From a virus (Duplodnaviria > Caudoviricetes): a stretch of DNA of 63,907 nucleotides. Positions 34,399 through 44,464 of the stretch are shown piece by piece (position 1 is the first letter of the stretch; each line of letters begins with the position of its first letter). The stretch is taken from positions 1-63,907 of the IMG/VR virus record IMGVR_UViG_3300021598_000858, one strand, 5' to 3'. The notes beneath the pieces were generated by a model. That model saw only the letters and a program-made list of their open reading frames with translations. It was not told the DNA's origin and did no database searches. The position numbers were made by a program, and so were the translations under genes.

Positions 34399-36422
34399 GC
34401 TTGTGGCACCTCGCAATAATCATTTGAGCAATACTTCTCACCAATTGCGTCCGCGGCCATACCAGCATAGACATCTGTGAAGTCAATAGGCAGTAATTTG
34501 AAAGTGTACTTTTCGTATTCTGCTTCTGTTATCTGTGTATATGGCATTTGCGGGTAAGTCTCGTTCCCCATGGGTAAGAAGGAAACGGTTTTGAGTTGCC
34601 CGTCAAACATGTGTAGAACTGTTCCTACGGCGTCTTTTTCAGTATTTGAATTAAAGGATACTGTAACGCTAACGCTGTTGTCTGACCAATGGCGCTGTGC
34701 AGTTGCCGCCAGTGACATCTTTTCGTAGATTGATACATCTTTTTCTGACCTTAGAGCATCTGATTTAATAGGGAAGTAGACAACGCTAGTAGTCTTAGGA
34801 GATTCCGAGGCCTTTTCTACTTTATAACCTGACGCTTTAAATAAAGGTAGCATTGGGTCTTCGTTGCTGAAACGAATAGCTCGCAAGAAGTATTGGCCGC
34901 CAGGAGTCCAGTGAACTCCAGGAGATTCTCCCGCTAATATAGAAACCGTGCCAGAAGGCTTGACTGTGGTTGTTTTAATTGATTCTCGAATGCCAAGCCA
35001 CTCAGAGTAAACGCGGTCATAGTCCTGAATGACGGAATAACCCTCGTCCATCCACTCACGTAATACGGGAAGCCCTACGCGGTCTGCAAAATTAGCCACA
35101 CCAGACATAGAGGTTCCAATACGACGATTGCGTTGCATGATTGCGTTAGTTTCTTCCCAGTGGGTAGGCAACAACGTAACAGTCTTAGCGTATAGGTAAG
35201 CAAACTTTAAAGTACGAAGATAATCTTCTTTAGATTCATGGCGGTTGAGATAGGTCTCTACCAAAGTACAGCACTCAAAGGATTCCAAAGATTGCTCAGC
35301 GCATGGATTGTAGCCCGCGGCTCTCCAGTCCTTGTTGTTGGCAGGGTCAGCCAAACGACCGTACTTGCGAGTAACATCCATCCAGATAACACCAGGCTCA
35401 CCGTTCAAAGAAATGCCTGAAACTATGTGTTCTAAATTAGAACCAACGGATACTTCTACAGAGTTGTTGGACATCCAGGCCCAGCCAGGAGCTGCGGCAT
35501 CGTACGAGTTACGTTCAGGGTATTTAGCGGGGTTCTTTAAATTAAGAAACTCTTGGTCATCAAGTCTTCCCATCAACAGCTCAGCTGAACGTCTCACATT
35601 GCCAGAGACTACGCAAACTCCAATTAGATTACCCAAATCGGCAATATCTACTCTTGTTAATTTAGAACCCGCCCTCTTTTTATTAAAGATGCGGCGAATA
35701 TGATTGTGAAGCTTCTCAAGCGGCTCATGACCTGCAGCTGTGCCGCCAAAGGTTTTGATAGGGGTACCTGCTGGTCTTATCAGGGAGTAATCAAATACAT
35801 AAATGGACTGTTCTGGTTTTAAGTAGGAGTTAATAAGCAGGCTAACTGACTCCACCCATCCCTCCCTGGTATCAGGAATCTGGATTGTTACCTCTGGGAG
35901 TTTTGGTTCATAAATTAAAAAGTCTTTGTCCGCACCCTTGTCATCAAAGCCGACTCCAACGCCCAACATTGATGCTTCCATGAGGAAAGCAAATGGTTTA
36001 GCGGGGTCTAACTTAGTCATGCTAGAGGTAGACACAAAAGCACAGTTTTGTAAAGCCGCGGAGTTCTTGAGCTCATTCACCAGCGGAGTTCCCATAACCC
36101 ACAGCCCACGTCCAGGCGGGGTCCACTTTAAATTAAATAGGCGGTCAAACGCTTCTTTGGCGGAAGACTGCGCCTTGGCGTCATTCCATGGAAGGCGGCT
36201 AGTTTTAGCGTGGTCCTTCTGAAGTGAGTACATGCCCTCGATTACTCGTTGGCAAACATCTACCCAAGTCTCTTTGGTGCCGTCCTCTTTTAGTCGGGAG
36301 TAGGTGCGAAGGAAAGTAATCTCTCCTACCGAGTTACCTGCCGCATCTTTATAACCCCAAGGTACTTTCTTACTGCGATAGTCCTTTAGGAAATCTTCTG
36401 CTAGTCGGAAACTCAGTGCCAT
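34395..36422 (-). CDS. nrdJ: Class II adenosylcobalamin-dependent ribonucleotide reductase (monomeric RTPR type)
   Basis: RTYSR, PPGRGLW, LQNCAF, MLGVGVGFD, GNVRRSA, NPCAEQ, TTVKPSGT, DNSVSVT, C-terminal CxxxxC. Confidence 0.95.
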   Translation of the reverse strand: MALSFRLAEDFLKDYRSKKVPWGYKDAAGNSVGEITFLRTYSRLKEDGTKETWVDVCQRVIEGMYSLQKDHAKTSRLPWNDAKAQSSAKEAFDRLFNLKWTPPGRGLWVMGTPLVNELKNSAALQNCAFVSTSSMTKLDPAKPFAFLMEASMLGVGVGFDDKGADKDFLIYEPKLPEVTIQIPDTREGWVESVSLLINSYLKPEQSIYVFDYSLIRPAGTPIKTFGGTAAGHEPLEKLHNHIRRIFNKKRAGSKLTRVDIADLGNLIGVCVVSGNVRRSAELLMGRLDDQEFLNLKNPAKYPERNSYDAAAPGWAWMSNNSVEVSVGSNLEHIVSGISLNGEPGVIWMDVTRKYGRLADPANNKDWRAAGYNPCAEQSLESFECCTLVETYLNRHESKEDYLRTLKFAYLYAKTVTLLPTHWEETNAIMQRNRRIGTSMSGVANFADRVGLPVLREWMDEGYSVIQDYDRVYSEWLGIRESIKTTTVKPSGTVSILAGESPGVHWTPGGQYFLRAIRFSNEDPMLPLFKASGYKVEKASESPKTTSVVYFPIKSDALRSEKDVSIYEKMSLAATAQRHWSDNSVSVTVSFNSNTEKDAVGTVLHMFDGQLKTVSFLPMGNETYPQMPYTQITEAEYEKYTFKLLPIDFTDVYAGMAADAIGEKYCSNDYCEVPQA

Positions 36423-36533
36423 ATTTTTTTCTCCCTTATCTAAAAAGTTAATTCTACTAGTGCGTTACAGTGCTTGGGAAACTATGCTGTTTCAGGGTCT
36501 TGCATGGTTCTCTTATATGATAATAAGAAAGCC

Positions 36534-38000
36534 TTACTCTTCGATGGCACCCTTGATTATTTGAGTGGTTTGCTCCTCATTTAACCCGCCATTTGGCAAC
36601 TCTCTAAGTGCTTGAGCCTTGTCTCCGAAGATAGAACTTAGCACACCAGCGCTGCCTTGTCGCTCTACCGTCATGCGAATAAACTCACGAGAATCGTCCA
36701 ATTCTTTTGTTGTTTTGATTAATTTAAACAGGCGGTCTATCTCCTGAGAAACGTTAGGGTCAGCATATCCACCATTCATTTCTTCAGCAAAACGCATAAA
36801 AGCAACTCTTTGGCCCTGCATTTCTATAACAGCATTAATTAAAGCCTTAAGTTGTTCTTTACTCTTTACCTCTACTGGTAACTTAAAAGCACACATAGAT
36901 TGAGGTTTAAAAGCGGGGCAGTTAGCGGCTACAAAACAGGTGTCACATGCCCTAAGTGAAGTGCTATGGGATGAAACTGTGGTGACATCTTTAATGACGC
37001 CATCGGCATCAATTTCACTCTTTGTATCAAATCCAAAGACGGGAAGATTGGCGTATTCGTCAGCATTTCGTGGTTCAAGTTTCCGTGTATGAATACCCTT
37101 ATTATCATATACGGCAGGTGGGGTTTCCCCACTTTGCTCCACTTCTCTCCCCTCACTATTATCATATAACAGCGGGTCATCTGGGCTATTGGTCATCTTG
37201 TTCATCCTTATCTCGAACTGCTCATAAGACCACACCGCTAACTTACAGACTTCCTGCGGGTCATCCTCGATTATCTTATCAATGTCCAAGCCAGCCTTTT
37301 CGTAGATTGCCTTGTACCTTGGGCGTGCTTGTTCCTTCATCTTCTTTGGATAACGAACTAGTCTAGTGCCATCCCAAATGATTGTTTCACCGTGCATCAT
37401 CGGTGAAAGCCACGATAAGGTGCTGGCACTTTCAAATATAATAGAACGCAGGTTGTCAGGTTTGGCACACCCTAATGCATGCCACCTGGTCCCTTCCCGC
37501 TTGCTGTGTAGGCGGGTAGCGCTGGCAAGTCTGCTATCTATCTCAATAGCGTCTCCTGGGATAGCGATGTCCAAATAGTAGTCAACTAGCCTTTGAAGCC
37601 CATTTAAATCGGTCTGTGGTTGCCATACAGGAATGAACTTACCTGGTGGTAGCTCGGACCATACCTTCTGTCTGTGGCTCTCTACCCAAGCTGGGTCAAT
37701 GGTGGGGCTGTTAATCTCAAATACGGTATTGAGCCTATCTATATTAACGGCTACGAAATGTTCGTACCCTGCGGCAAACTCTTCGAGCTCATCAGCTGAC
37801 AGCTTCAGGGTTTTAGGTAAGCCTGGGTGTACATAAATATAGAAATCTTTATTAAAGTAATTTTCTAATAGATACTCTTTGGTCTTAGGTAGACCGCGGC
37901 TCACCAGGCGATGGTAGCTGACGCCAACGTGGTTGGCGGTTGTCTCTTCAAGAATTACTCTATTTGAAGGTACCTCAGCGCCTAAATAGACAATTTTCAC
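36534..38000 (-). CDS. Conserved phage protein: TGT/DpdA-like N-terminal region, Cys cluster, helical C-terminus
   Basis: PVW, IAIP, WHALG, FESASTLSW...G pattern; CDTC...CP...C. Confidence 0.45.
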   Translation of the reverse strand: MKIVYLGAEVPSNRVILEETTANHVGVSYHRLVSRGLPKTKEYLLENYFNKDFYIYVHPGLPKTLKLSADELEEFAAGYEHFVAVNIDRLNTVFEINSPTIDPAWVESHRQKVWSELPPGKFIPVWQPQTDLNGLQRLVDYYLDIAIPGDAIEIDSRLASATRLHSKREGTRWHALGCAKPDNLRSIIFESASTLSWLSPMMHGETIIWDGTRLVRYPKKMKEQARPRYKAIYEKAGLDIDKIIEDDPQEVCKLAVWSYEQFEIRMNKMTNSPDDPLLYDNSEGREVEQSGETPPAVYDNKGIHTRKLEPRNADEYANLPVFGFDTKSEIDADGVIKDVTTVSSHSTSLRACDTCFVAANCPAFKPQSMCAFKLPVEVKSKEQLKALINAVIEMQGQRVAFMRFAEEMNGGYADPNVSQEIDRLFKLIKTTKELDDSREFIRMTVERQGSAGVLSSIFGDKAQALRELPNGGLNEEQTTQIIKGAIEE

Positions 38001-38106
38001 TTACGCTTGCTCCAGGTGATTCCACACTTGGAGCATAAATATGCTTCTCCGCTAACGTAATCTAATACATTACCATCGCATCCACGAGGGCAGGTTATCT
38101 TTTCAC

Positions 38107-38565
38107 TCATAGCCGTGGGTCCTCCTTGAAGGCATCCTGTTGTTTTTCAATCTCTTCTACGATTTCAGACCAGGCTTTGACACCCTTACGGCTGTCAGGC
38201 CTGAACTCTTCTCTTATGTACAACGGCTGTAAAAATACCAAAGTCGTCATACCAATTTCAAGTAACTGGGTCACTAATTCTGGGTCGGATGTTATTACAT
38301 ACTCTACAGGGCCCTGAGACCTTACCCACTCAACCTGTCTTAGTTTTGGGTTATCGCCAATGGAAGGAACTTTTTTGTAATCAATTAAATCATCAAAGTT
38401 ATTGATACGCTGTTGGCGTAGCCAATGGTCGTCTTTATCTACGTCTTCACATAGAACAAGAACGCGATGTTTTTCTTTTAAACTTCTGTACAGCGCCATA
38501 CCATTTGGGATGGGGGCGCTTTTATCATTTCTTAGTACGCCGTCTAAAAATACTAATATTGCCAC
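38107..38565 (-). CDS. HAD-like protein (degenerate motif I)
   Basis: ILVFLDGVLR N-terminus, P..G..LY..L. Confidence 0.55.
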   Translation of the reverse strand: MAILVFLDGVLRNDKSAPIPNGMALYRSLKEKHRVLVLCEDVDKDDHWLRQQRINNFDDLIDYKKVPSIGDNPKLRQVEWVRSQGPVEYVITSDPELVTQLLEIGMTTLVFLQPLYIREEFRPDSRKGVKAWSEIVEEIEKQQDAFKEDPRL

Positions 38566-38577
38566 AGATAGACCCTA

Positions 38578-39507
38578 TCACTTGTAGTGTGTAGCCGCTC
38601 TCCTTATCAGAGTGCTAGTCGATGGCAATTCCATGCCATACGTTTGTGCTTCAAACTCTTTTTTGGTTTTTGCTGAAATTTCTTTTAGTTGCTTTAACGC
38701 TTGTACAACTCCAGATGCTTTTCCAGCTTGCCAACGATAATTATATACATCAGCGTATCCTTGTCCAGAGGCGCTAAATGCGTATTTGCGGCCATGGTGG
38801 ATATCTTCAAATAAAGCAGCGCCCTGTTCTACCGCAAGCTTTAATGCAGCTTCCGCATTGCGCCTTGCAACATCAGTTGTTGCTGCCCCTACTGTTGTTA
38901 AGGCGTCAGAATATCTAGACAAAATGTCAACTGCCATAGACTTATCCTGTTCTACCTTTCTATTCCATATTTGATTCTGCGGAACTCCGCGAACCTCTGG
39001 CATCACAGTCCAATCATCGTTTGTCAAGCTATAGGCTGCATACGGTTTTATGGAACGGATGTCAGACTGTACATTAACATAGAATGTCAATTCAAATACA
39101 TCTAGAAAATTTGATGTCGCCTGGTGGAGGGTTTGGAATCCCTCGTTAAACATCTGGGAAATCTCTTTATCGCTAAGCCCTTTGTATTTAGGATTAGACT
39201 GTCTAAACATTAAATAGTTAATTCCAATTAAACAATCAAGGTCCGCTGGTTTGCGAGCTGCTGACCACTGGTAGCTTACAGCTGAGCCAGCTAGCCAAAC
39301 ATGTGCGTAGGCCTCTGGGTTATAAAAGCTCTGCTTTAAATGGTCAAATAGGATTCTTAAAATTAAAGAACGGATATGAGGAACAATCTTGCCGTTCCTA
39401 AACAACCTAGGGTCAAGCCCAGCTCCAGGGGTGCTGAAGTATGAGGTTTCTGACGGCGTTAGGGCAACTGGTTGTGCTTGCCGTACAAGCGCGTCGTAAT
39501 AACTCAT
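38578..39507 (-). CDS. Pol-beta superfamily nucleotidyltransferase
   Basis: WLAGSAVSYQW...DLDCLI (GS...DxD), then ELTFYVN. Confidence 0.7.
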   Translation of the reverse strand: MSYYDALVRQAQPVALTPSETSYFSTPGAGLDPRLFRNGKIVPHIRSLILRILFDHLKQSFYNPEAYAHVWLAGSAVSYQWSAARKPADLDCLIGINYLMFRQSNPKYKGLSDKEISQMFNEGFQTLHQATSNFLDVFELTFYVNVQSDIRSIKPYAAYSLTNDDWTVMPEVRGVPQNQIWNRKVEQDKSMAVDILSRYSDALTTVGAATTDVARRNAEAALKLAVEQGAALFEDIHHGRKYAFSASGQGYADVYNYRWQAGKASGVVQALKQLKEISAKTKKEFEAQTYGMELPSTSTLIRRAATHYK

Positions 39508-39514
39508 TTAGGTA

Positions 39515-39733
39515 TTATAGTTCTTTTTCCCGCCGCTCTTTGTGCATAACATCCGTATCGAGGTTGAATTTGCTTGGATGTTCCGCTTTATCTGTCTTTA
39601 TTGGTGTCATATAGCCACATTGACTATGAGCATTAATAAATTGTTGTGCCCACATCATGACCATTGACTCATTCTCTTCAACTTCTGCTTGAAAAGATGC
39701 CACGCATACGCATGTCATTTCTACGAACGCCAT
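39515..39733 (-). CDS. Small Zn-binding protein
   Basis: CVC...H..CG. Confidence 0.55.
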   Translation of the reverse strand: MAFVEMTCVCVASFQAEVEENESMVMMWAQQFINAHSQCGYMTPIKTDKAEHPSKFNLDTDVMHKERREKEL

Positions 39734-39794
39734 AGGACCCGCCCCCTTGTAGTGTATTTACAGTATACTCCTGCGGTACAGGCTAAATACGGGC

Positions 39795-40079
39795 TTACTG
39801 TTCGTCAGAAATCAGCGGTTTGATTAAATCTAGGACCTGATAGGCAATTGCCGACTGGTTCATGCTGTCCACAATGTCCTGACACCCGTGTTTGATGTCG
39901 TCTAGGGTTGCCTGACGGTCAACGGTTAGGGTGGTTGCTAGGTCTGCTGTAGCGTACCAATCACCAGTAGGCTTTTTTACAATAATAAAGGCAGTGATAC
40001 CGCCGTTTTCTTCTGTTGGCTGGTTTTCTGCAATACCTTCTGGAATAACTACTGCGTCTTCTACTACTTCTTCGCTCAT
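39795..40079 (-). CDS. Hypothetical protein
   Basis: 94 aa, ATGA overlap. Confidence 0.55.
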   Translation of the reverse strand: MSEEVVEDAVVIPEGIAENQPTEENGGITAFIIVKKPTGDWYATADLATTLTVDRQATLDDIKHGCQDIVDSMNQSAIAYQVLDLIKPLISDEQ

Positions 40080-40636
40080 TTATATAGTCCTTTGCTTTCG
40101 TTGAACTTCTTCATGTTGTATGACTTAACAGGGCAGAAATCACACAAGTGCATCTTTGGCATCTTACTTGAATCAAGCCCAGCTTCCCTGCGGTCTTTTG
40201 CTGTGTCTGGTTTTAACAATTTCTTGTCTGACTTGTAGTCAGAACACTGACCTTGTGGACGATTATGTTCCGCATAACAACGCATGGCGTCTGAGGAGTA
40301 ATTATCCTTGGTGTCATAGAAGTTTGTACCAAATACATCTAAGCCTGGTGAACCTTTTTGGAATTGTTCAGTAATTTGTCGTTTTCCATCTGGGTGTTGC
40401 CAAATAACTAAATCAGCATCAGCCAGGGTGCCCTTGTGGGAAGGTCCGTGTTTTTCCACTACAGCATTTAAGAATGGATTACGGTTTTGGTCATGACCTG
40501 GTCTATCTGTAAATGGGAATCGGTCATCGTATGGAATTTCTTCTACCGACTTGCATGTAAAACAGGCAAGCAGAAGAACTTTTGGCCGCTTATCAGGCGG
40601 AGTATCTTTATTTAGATAGGAAAGGTCAAGTACCAT
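40076..40636 (-). CDS. Hypothetical Zn-binding protein
   Basis: CFTC, C...HNRP...C, LCDFCPV. Confidence 0.65.
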   Translation of the reverse strand: MVLDLSYLNKDTPPDKRPKVLLLACFTCKSVEEIPYDDRFPFTDRPGHDQNRNPFLNAVVEKHGPSHKGTLADADLVIWQHPDGKRQITEQFQKGSPGLDVFGTNFYDTKDNYSSDAMRCYAEHNRPQGQCSDYKSDKKLLKPDTAKDRREAGLDSSKMPKMHLCDFCPVKSYNMKKFNESKGLYK

Positions 40637-40667
40637 GTGGTCAGCCTACCACACACTTTCAAATTGT

Positions 40668-41114
40668 CTACTTACCCTTGGCTTTTTTTATTTGGGCGTT
40701 TCTTGCCGCAATAGCCTCTGGAGTATCTTTACGTTTAGCTGAGCGTACTTGGTCTACGTTCAGCGCCGTGGCTACTGCCTTGACTGGGCTCGATGCTGTT
40801 GATTTTTTTGAGGGACCCATAGCATCACTAATAAGCCTATGCTGTAGATGGCTTTTCATGGGTGCTTTTTCGTGTGGCTTTCTTGTTGCCGCTTTTGGTA
40901 CAGAAAACATGCCTCCGCTATGTATGGCAAGCCCTTCTACGTAATTAGGGTGCTCTTTATCTGCGGAGGCGCTCAGTAATGCCCTGTGAGACGGTGACTC
41001 TTTATCAAATTTGATGTATTGGTGTTCTTTGGGATTCATAGCAGGAACTGCCGATATCTTTATTTCACCTTTTTCATCTCTTGTTCCAGAGAACTGTAGC
41101 TCGCTAGGGTTCAC
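40668..41114 (-). CDS. Hypothetical basic protein
   Basis: 148 aa, GTGA overlap. Confidence 0.5.
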   Translation of the reverse strand: MNPSELQFSGTRDEKGEIKISAVPAMNPKEHQYIKFDKESPSHRALLSASADKEHPNYVEGLAIHSGGMFSVPKAATRKPHEKAPMKSHLQHRLISDAMGPSKKSTASSPVKAVATALNVDQVRSAKRKDTPEAIAARNAQIKKAKGK

Positions 41115-41302
41115 TTCTTATTCCTTAATTTATTAACTGCAGCCATGCCGCCTTTATCAAATGCGGCTTCTTCTGCTTGATGGGCTTCTTGACGTGCTCG
41201 TGCTGCATAAAAATCATCTGGACTTACATGTGCGCCCATACCAATAGGTGTAGGCCATGGCCCACCTTGTCTTTTAGTATCGTTGTCTCGGCGCTGTGGC
41301 AT
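41111..41302 (-). CDS. Hypothetical protein
   Basis: 63 aa, coupled to neighbours. Confidence 0.45.
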   Translation of the reverse strand: MPQRRDNDTKRQGGPWPTPIGMGAHVSPDDFYAARARQEAHQAEEAAFDKGGMAAVNKLRNKK

Positions 41303-41571
41303 TATTTTTTAACTTCTACGTGTCCGCCAGAGTCACGTGGTGTTTGACGTTCTTTTGAAGGCGAGCGCTTTTCTCCAGTAGAACTTGTGTAAACAGCTTC
41401 TGGGTCACCTGCAGCGTAGCGACGACGTTGTGCTTGCTCTGGGCTATCACTGTTAACTTTTACGGAAGCGCGAAGTAACCCAAGCATTGTGTCTTTGTGC
41501 GCTTTAATCGATGACTCCGTTGCCTTTGATTGGCGACGTGCATCCATTTCTCTACGGATGCCTTTAATCAT
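41302..41571 (-). CDS. Hypothetical protein
   Basis: 89 aa, TAATG coupling. Confidence 0.5.
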   Translation of the reverse strand: MIKGIRREMDARRQSKATESSIKAHKDTMLGLLRASVKVNSDSPEQAQRRRYAAGDPEAVYTSSTGEKRSPSKERQTPRDSGGHVEVKK

Positions 41572-41780
41572 TAGTTACCCGCTGGGTTTACTTTAGAAGT
41601 CTCTTCTGAATTAATAAATCCATAGTTCATATATGGATGTAGGTCTGCACGATTCTGTACTACAAGCTGGTCACCCATGCCTGGTTGAACTGTGGTATTT
41701 GGACGACGCTTACGATATTTGCCGTCTGTTGCGCCCTCGTTCATGTCACCATTGAGGGAACGTGATTGATTAACTGCCAT
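41571..41780 (-). CDS. Hypothetical protein
   Basis: 69 aa, TAATG coupling; EGATDGKYRK.RP. Confidence 0.55.
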   Translation of the reverse strand: MAVNQSRSLNGDMNEGATDGKYRKRRPNTTVQPGMGDQLVVQNRADLHPYMNYGFINSEETSKVNPAGN

Positions 41781-41989
41781 TATGCCATCCGTCCTTTAAC
41801 TAGTCTTGATGCCTTACGTCTAGTACAACTTGGGCACAGACTCTGGTCTTTCAACGATTGTACTGGGTTCATTGAAATACCACATGCCTTACAGGCCTTA
41901 GTGCCGTTATAAATGGTCTCCAAACTGACGTCTGTAGCCCCAGCCATGCCTTCGCCAGTGCTGTCTGTAAATAATCCTGGGTCTTTCAT
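41780..41989 (-). CDS. Small Zn-finger protein
   Basis: CKACG...MNPV...LCPSC. Confidence 0.6.
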   Translation of the reverse strand: MKDPGLFTDSTGEGMAGATDVSLETIYNGTKACKACGISMNPVQSLKDQSLCPSCTRRKASRLVKGRMA

Positions 41990-42378
41990 ACCGAACCTCC
42001 TAGGGTGTTGCGGCTAGTAGATTGTGGAGTGTTAGGTGTGTTGGAGAAGTCTGACTCCACACGCTGACCTGCTTGGTTTCCACTTCTACCTGGTAGGTCA
42101 ATAATATCTTCAATACCTATTTCTTCTGTAACAAATCCGTATCTGTCAGGGAATAGATTAACTTGTGGAAGGTTAGGACGCACATACTCTTGAATTTCTT
42201 CGCTAGTCATAGTCCAAGTGGCAAGCGCTTGATTAAGTAAGCGGTCTTGGTTAGATTGAAAAGGTCCTAGATAATCTTGTGGGGGAAACGCAGCTTCTAT
42301 TGGCGTGTGATAAGGCTTGCGGCCATCATCTTGCCATGGCTTGCGACCATAGGTACCGTCTGCGTATTTACCTGGCAT
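41986..42378 (-). CDS. Hypothetical protein
   Basis: 130 aa in the coupled run. Confidence 0.55.
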   Translation of the reverse strand: MPGKYADGTYGRKPWQDDGRKPYHTPIEAAFPPQDYLGPFQSNQDRLLNQALATWTMTSEEIQEYVRPNLPQVNLFPDRYGFVTEEIGIEDIIDLPGRSGNQAGQRVESDFSNTPNTPQSTSRNTLGGSV

Positions 42379-42381
42379 CTT

Positions 42382-42921
42382 TTACTTCCACTGTGGACGC
42401 ATACGAGACATTTGCTCTACGCGTACCTTGTTAATGTTGTATGGGGAATCGCTTCTTACTGATGGGCCAGCCTTACCGTCATTTGGTAAGTGTGGTGCTG
42501 GAACTAGTGTTGTTACTTCTACGTTTCTCTTTATACGATAAACGTTTCCGTCTTTAACAGCTTTCATTTGACGCTCAATACCACGCATGTTATCTAAACC
42601 TGCAGGGTAATAGTAATCAGACTGGTCAATGCGCTCACCGCGGTGAACACCGCGTTGGTATGAGCGCTGACCTATTCTAACTTTAAGTGAGTCTGATACT
42701 CGCTCTGACTGACCGTTAGGACGGCCACGGTCATCGCGACGTGTACGTATCGTTCCTAAGTAACCGTCTGGATACTCAGCTTGTGGTACACGACCAACGC
42801 CAAGGCGCAGGAAGTCGAGCTCTGAACGAGCGACAGGGGTTCCACCTCCACCATAATTGGTGTAGGTGCCCTGCATGCCAGCAGCGCCTAAGTTTTGCGT
42901 ATTTTGATGTGGTGCACCCAT
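42382..42921 (-). CDS. Hypothetical protein
   Basis: 179 aa; P.AEYPDGYLGTI..RR.DR, YQRGVH.GERID. Confidence 0.6.
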   Translation of the reverse strand: MGAPHQNTQNLGAAGMQGTYTNYGGGGTPVARSELDFLRLGVGRVPQAEYPDGYLGTIRTRRDDRGRPNGQSERVSDSLKVRIGQRSYQRGVHRGERIDQSDYYYPAGLDNMRGIERQMKAVKDGNVYRIKRNVEVTTLVPAPHLPNDGKAGPSVRSDSPYNINKVRVEQMSRMRPQWK

Positions 42922-42944
42922 ACGTCAATGATACGCCTGTAAAA

Positions 42945-43967
42945 CTATAGGGTCGCTGTAAACTCTTTGCCTTCGTATACAGCCCAGCCGTCCATAATAT
43001 GGATAGGTTGCAGGGTAAATGACTCATCTGCTCTAACCCAGCCAATCATGACTCCTTGTTGCCAATCTTCCCAGTGTTTTACTGGTCGACCGTTATCGTT
43101 AAGTCCAGAACCATAGGAAGGAACTGCGCCATCGATACGGCATAGGCATCCAGGACTTGCAGACACACTGCGGATAGGACCATCTTGGTCATGCACAGTT
43201 TTGTACTGCATTTCTTGTCTGTGGACGTGTCCAAACACTGTTGAGATGTGTGGGTTCTTATTTATATAAGCGCTGGCAGTTGAGCCACCTGAACGAACGG
43301 TGGTGCCATGAATAGCACGAAGGTATTTGGTAACCCAATACTCTCCTGCTGGATAGGCGCCAATATATTCCACCTTAATATCATCTAAACGTAGAAGGTA
43401 TGGGATGGACATAACAGGCCAGTCTTCTGGCTTAGCTCCCGCTCTTTTAATACCTTTAGAAGCCATAGCATTTGCAACAACATATCGTTGCATGCGGCAG
43501 TCGTGATTACCTTCAAGCATAACAATCTTTGCGTCAGGACATGTGGCACGCTGCTTTGCTAATAAATTATGGCCGTAATCAATTGCTGGTTGAACAGTGT
43601 GAGCAAACATTTCTTCTTGTGCGTACTTGCCCATTGTTGGTAGGTCTAGGTAATCACCAAGATGAATAATTTCGTCAACACCATATTTATCTTCTAAATA
43701 AGCAAGTAATTGGAAGTGTACGTCAATTGCTGCGTCATCATGGAATGGGTCTAGTGTCCCGTCTTCATACTTACGGTACCCAATCTGTGGGTCTGGCACG
43801 AACATAATTAAACGTGTGCCGTCTTTCTTCCCTTTACGTTCTTTATAAGTTGCTGGCTTAATTACTGTTGGTTTTGCTGGTTGTATTGGTGGCCAAGCCC
43901 AGTCACCAGTTGCTGTGGAAACTTCTAGAGCCTGGTCTAGTATGTCCCCTAACGATAGTTTTGTCAT
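42945..43967 (-). CDS. Calcineurin-like metallophosphoesterase
   Basis: PDPQ, LGDYLD, EGNHD, IHG, FGHVHR. Confidence 0.85.
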   Translation of the reverse strand: MTKLSLGDILDQALEVSTATGDWAWPPIQPAKPTVIKPATYKERKGKKDGTRLIMFVPDPQIGYRKYEDGTLDPFHDDAAIDVHFQLLAYLEDKYGVDEIIHLGDYLDLPTMGKYAQEEMFAHTVQPAIDYGHNLLAKQRATCPDAKIVMLEGNHDCRMQRYVVANAMASKGIKRAGAKPEDWPVMSIPYLLRLDDIKVEYIGAYPAGEYWVTKYLRAIHGTTVRSGGSTASAYINKNPHISTVFGHVHRQEMQYKTVHDQDGPIRSVSASPGCLCRIDGAVPSYGSGLNDNGRPVKHWEDWQQGVMIGWVRADESFTLQPIHIMDGWAVYEGKEFTATL

Positions 43968-44266
43968 TAATTCAATTCTTTCTCTTGTTTAAAGCATGAG
44001 CACTTTTTCCTGAAGTGCATGTAGAAAGTGGTTTTTTCTAGTGGAATTTCTGGGTACACTTCTTTGATAGCAAAAAAGTAATTAGATATATCTACTAGAA
44101 TTTTTGGACCACTAAAAGCTTTATACATGCGGTCAACTGTATCTTTATCAATAGTTTCTAACCATCTACCGCAGATGCATAGACCTGCGCTTCTACGTCT
44201 TTTTGGATTTGCTTCTAACTCAGATAGCAAATCGCCAAGACTCTTTTTGTCCGATGTTTTCGGCAC
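43967..44266 (-). CDS. Small Zn-binding protein
   Basis: LCICG.W...H....CSC; TAATG-coupled to the phosphoesterase. Confidence 0.6.
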   Translation of the reverse strand: MPKTSDKKSLGDLLSELEANPKRRRSAGLCICGRWLETIDKDTVDRMYKAFSGPKILVDISNYFFAIKEVYPEIPLEKTTFYMHFRKKCSCFKQEKELN

Positions 44267-44341
44267 TACAAGTTCCTTTCATCCCGTCTTGCACTTCGAC
44301 TTAAGCGTATCATAAAGATTCGGTAAGTAAATGTAAAGTAA

Positions 44342-44368
44342 CCCCCTGCAAAAATATTTTGCAGGGGG
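44342..44368. terminator. Hairpin downstream of hsp20
   Basis: CCCCCTGCAAAA-ATA-TTTTGCAGGGGG. Confidence 0.65.
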
Positions 44369-44464
44369 CTTTGTACAAGAAGGGGGAGTCGTACTATAAC
44401 AGTCTTACTGTCATATTGCAAGGTTGTTGTACAACAATGGACATCTATGTACAACCATGGACAA

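Noticed and set aside
36423-36533. Cobalamin riboswitch or NrdR box upstream of nrdJ
   Set aside because: The intergenic region is ~110 nt and I could not find a B12 box or a convincing NrdR palindrome.
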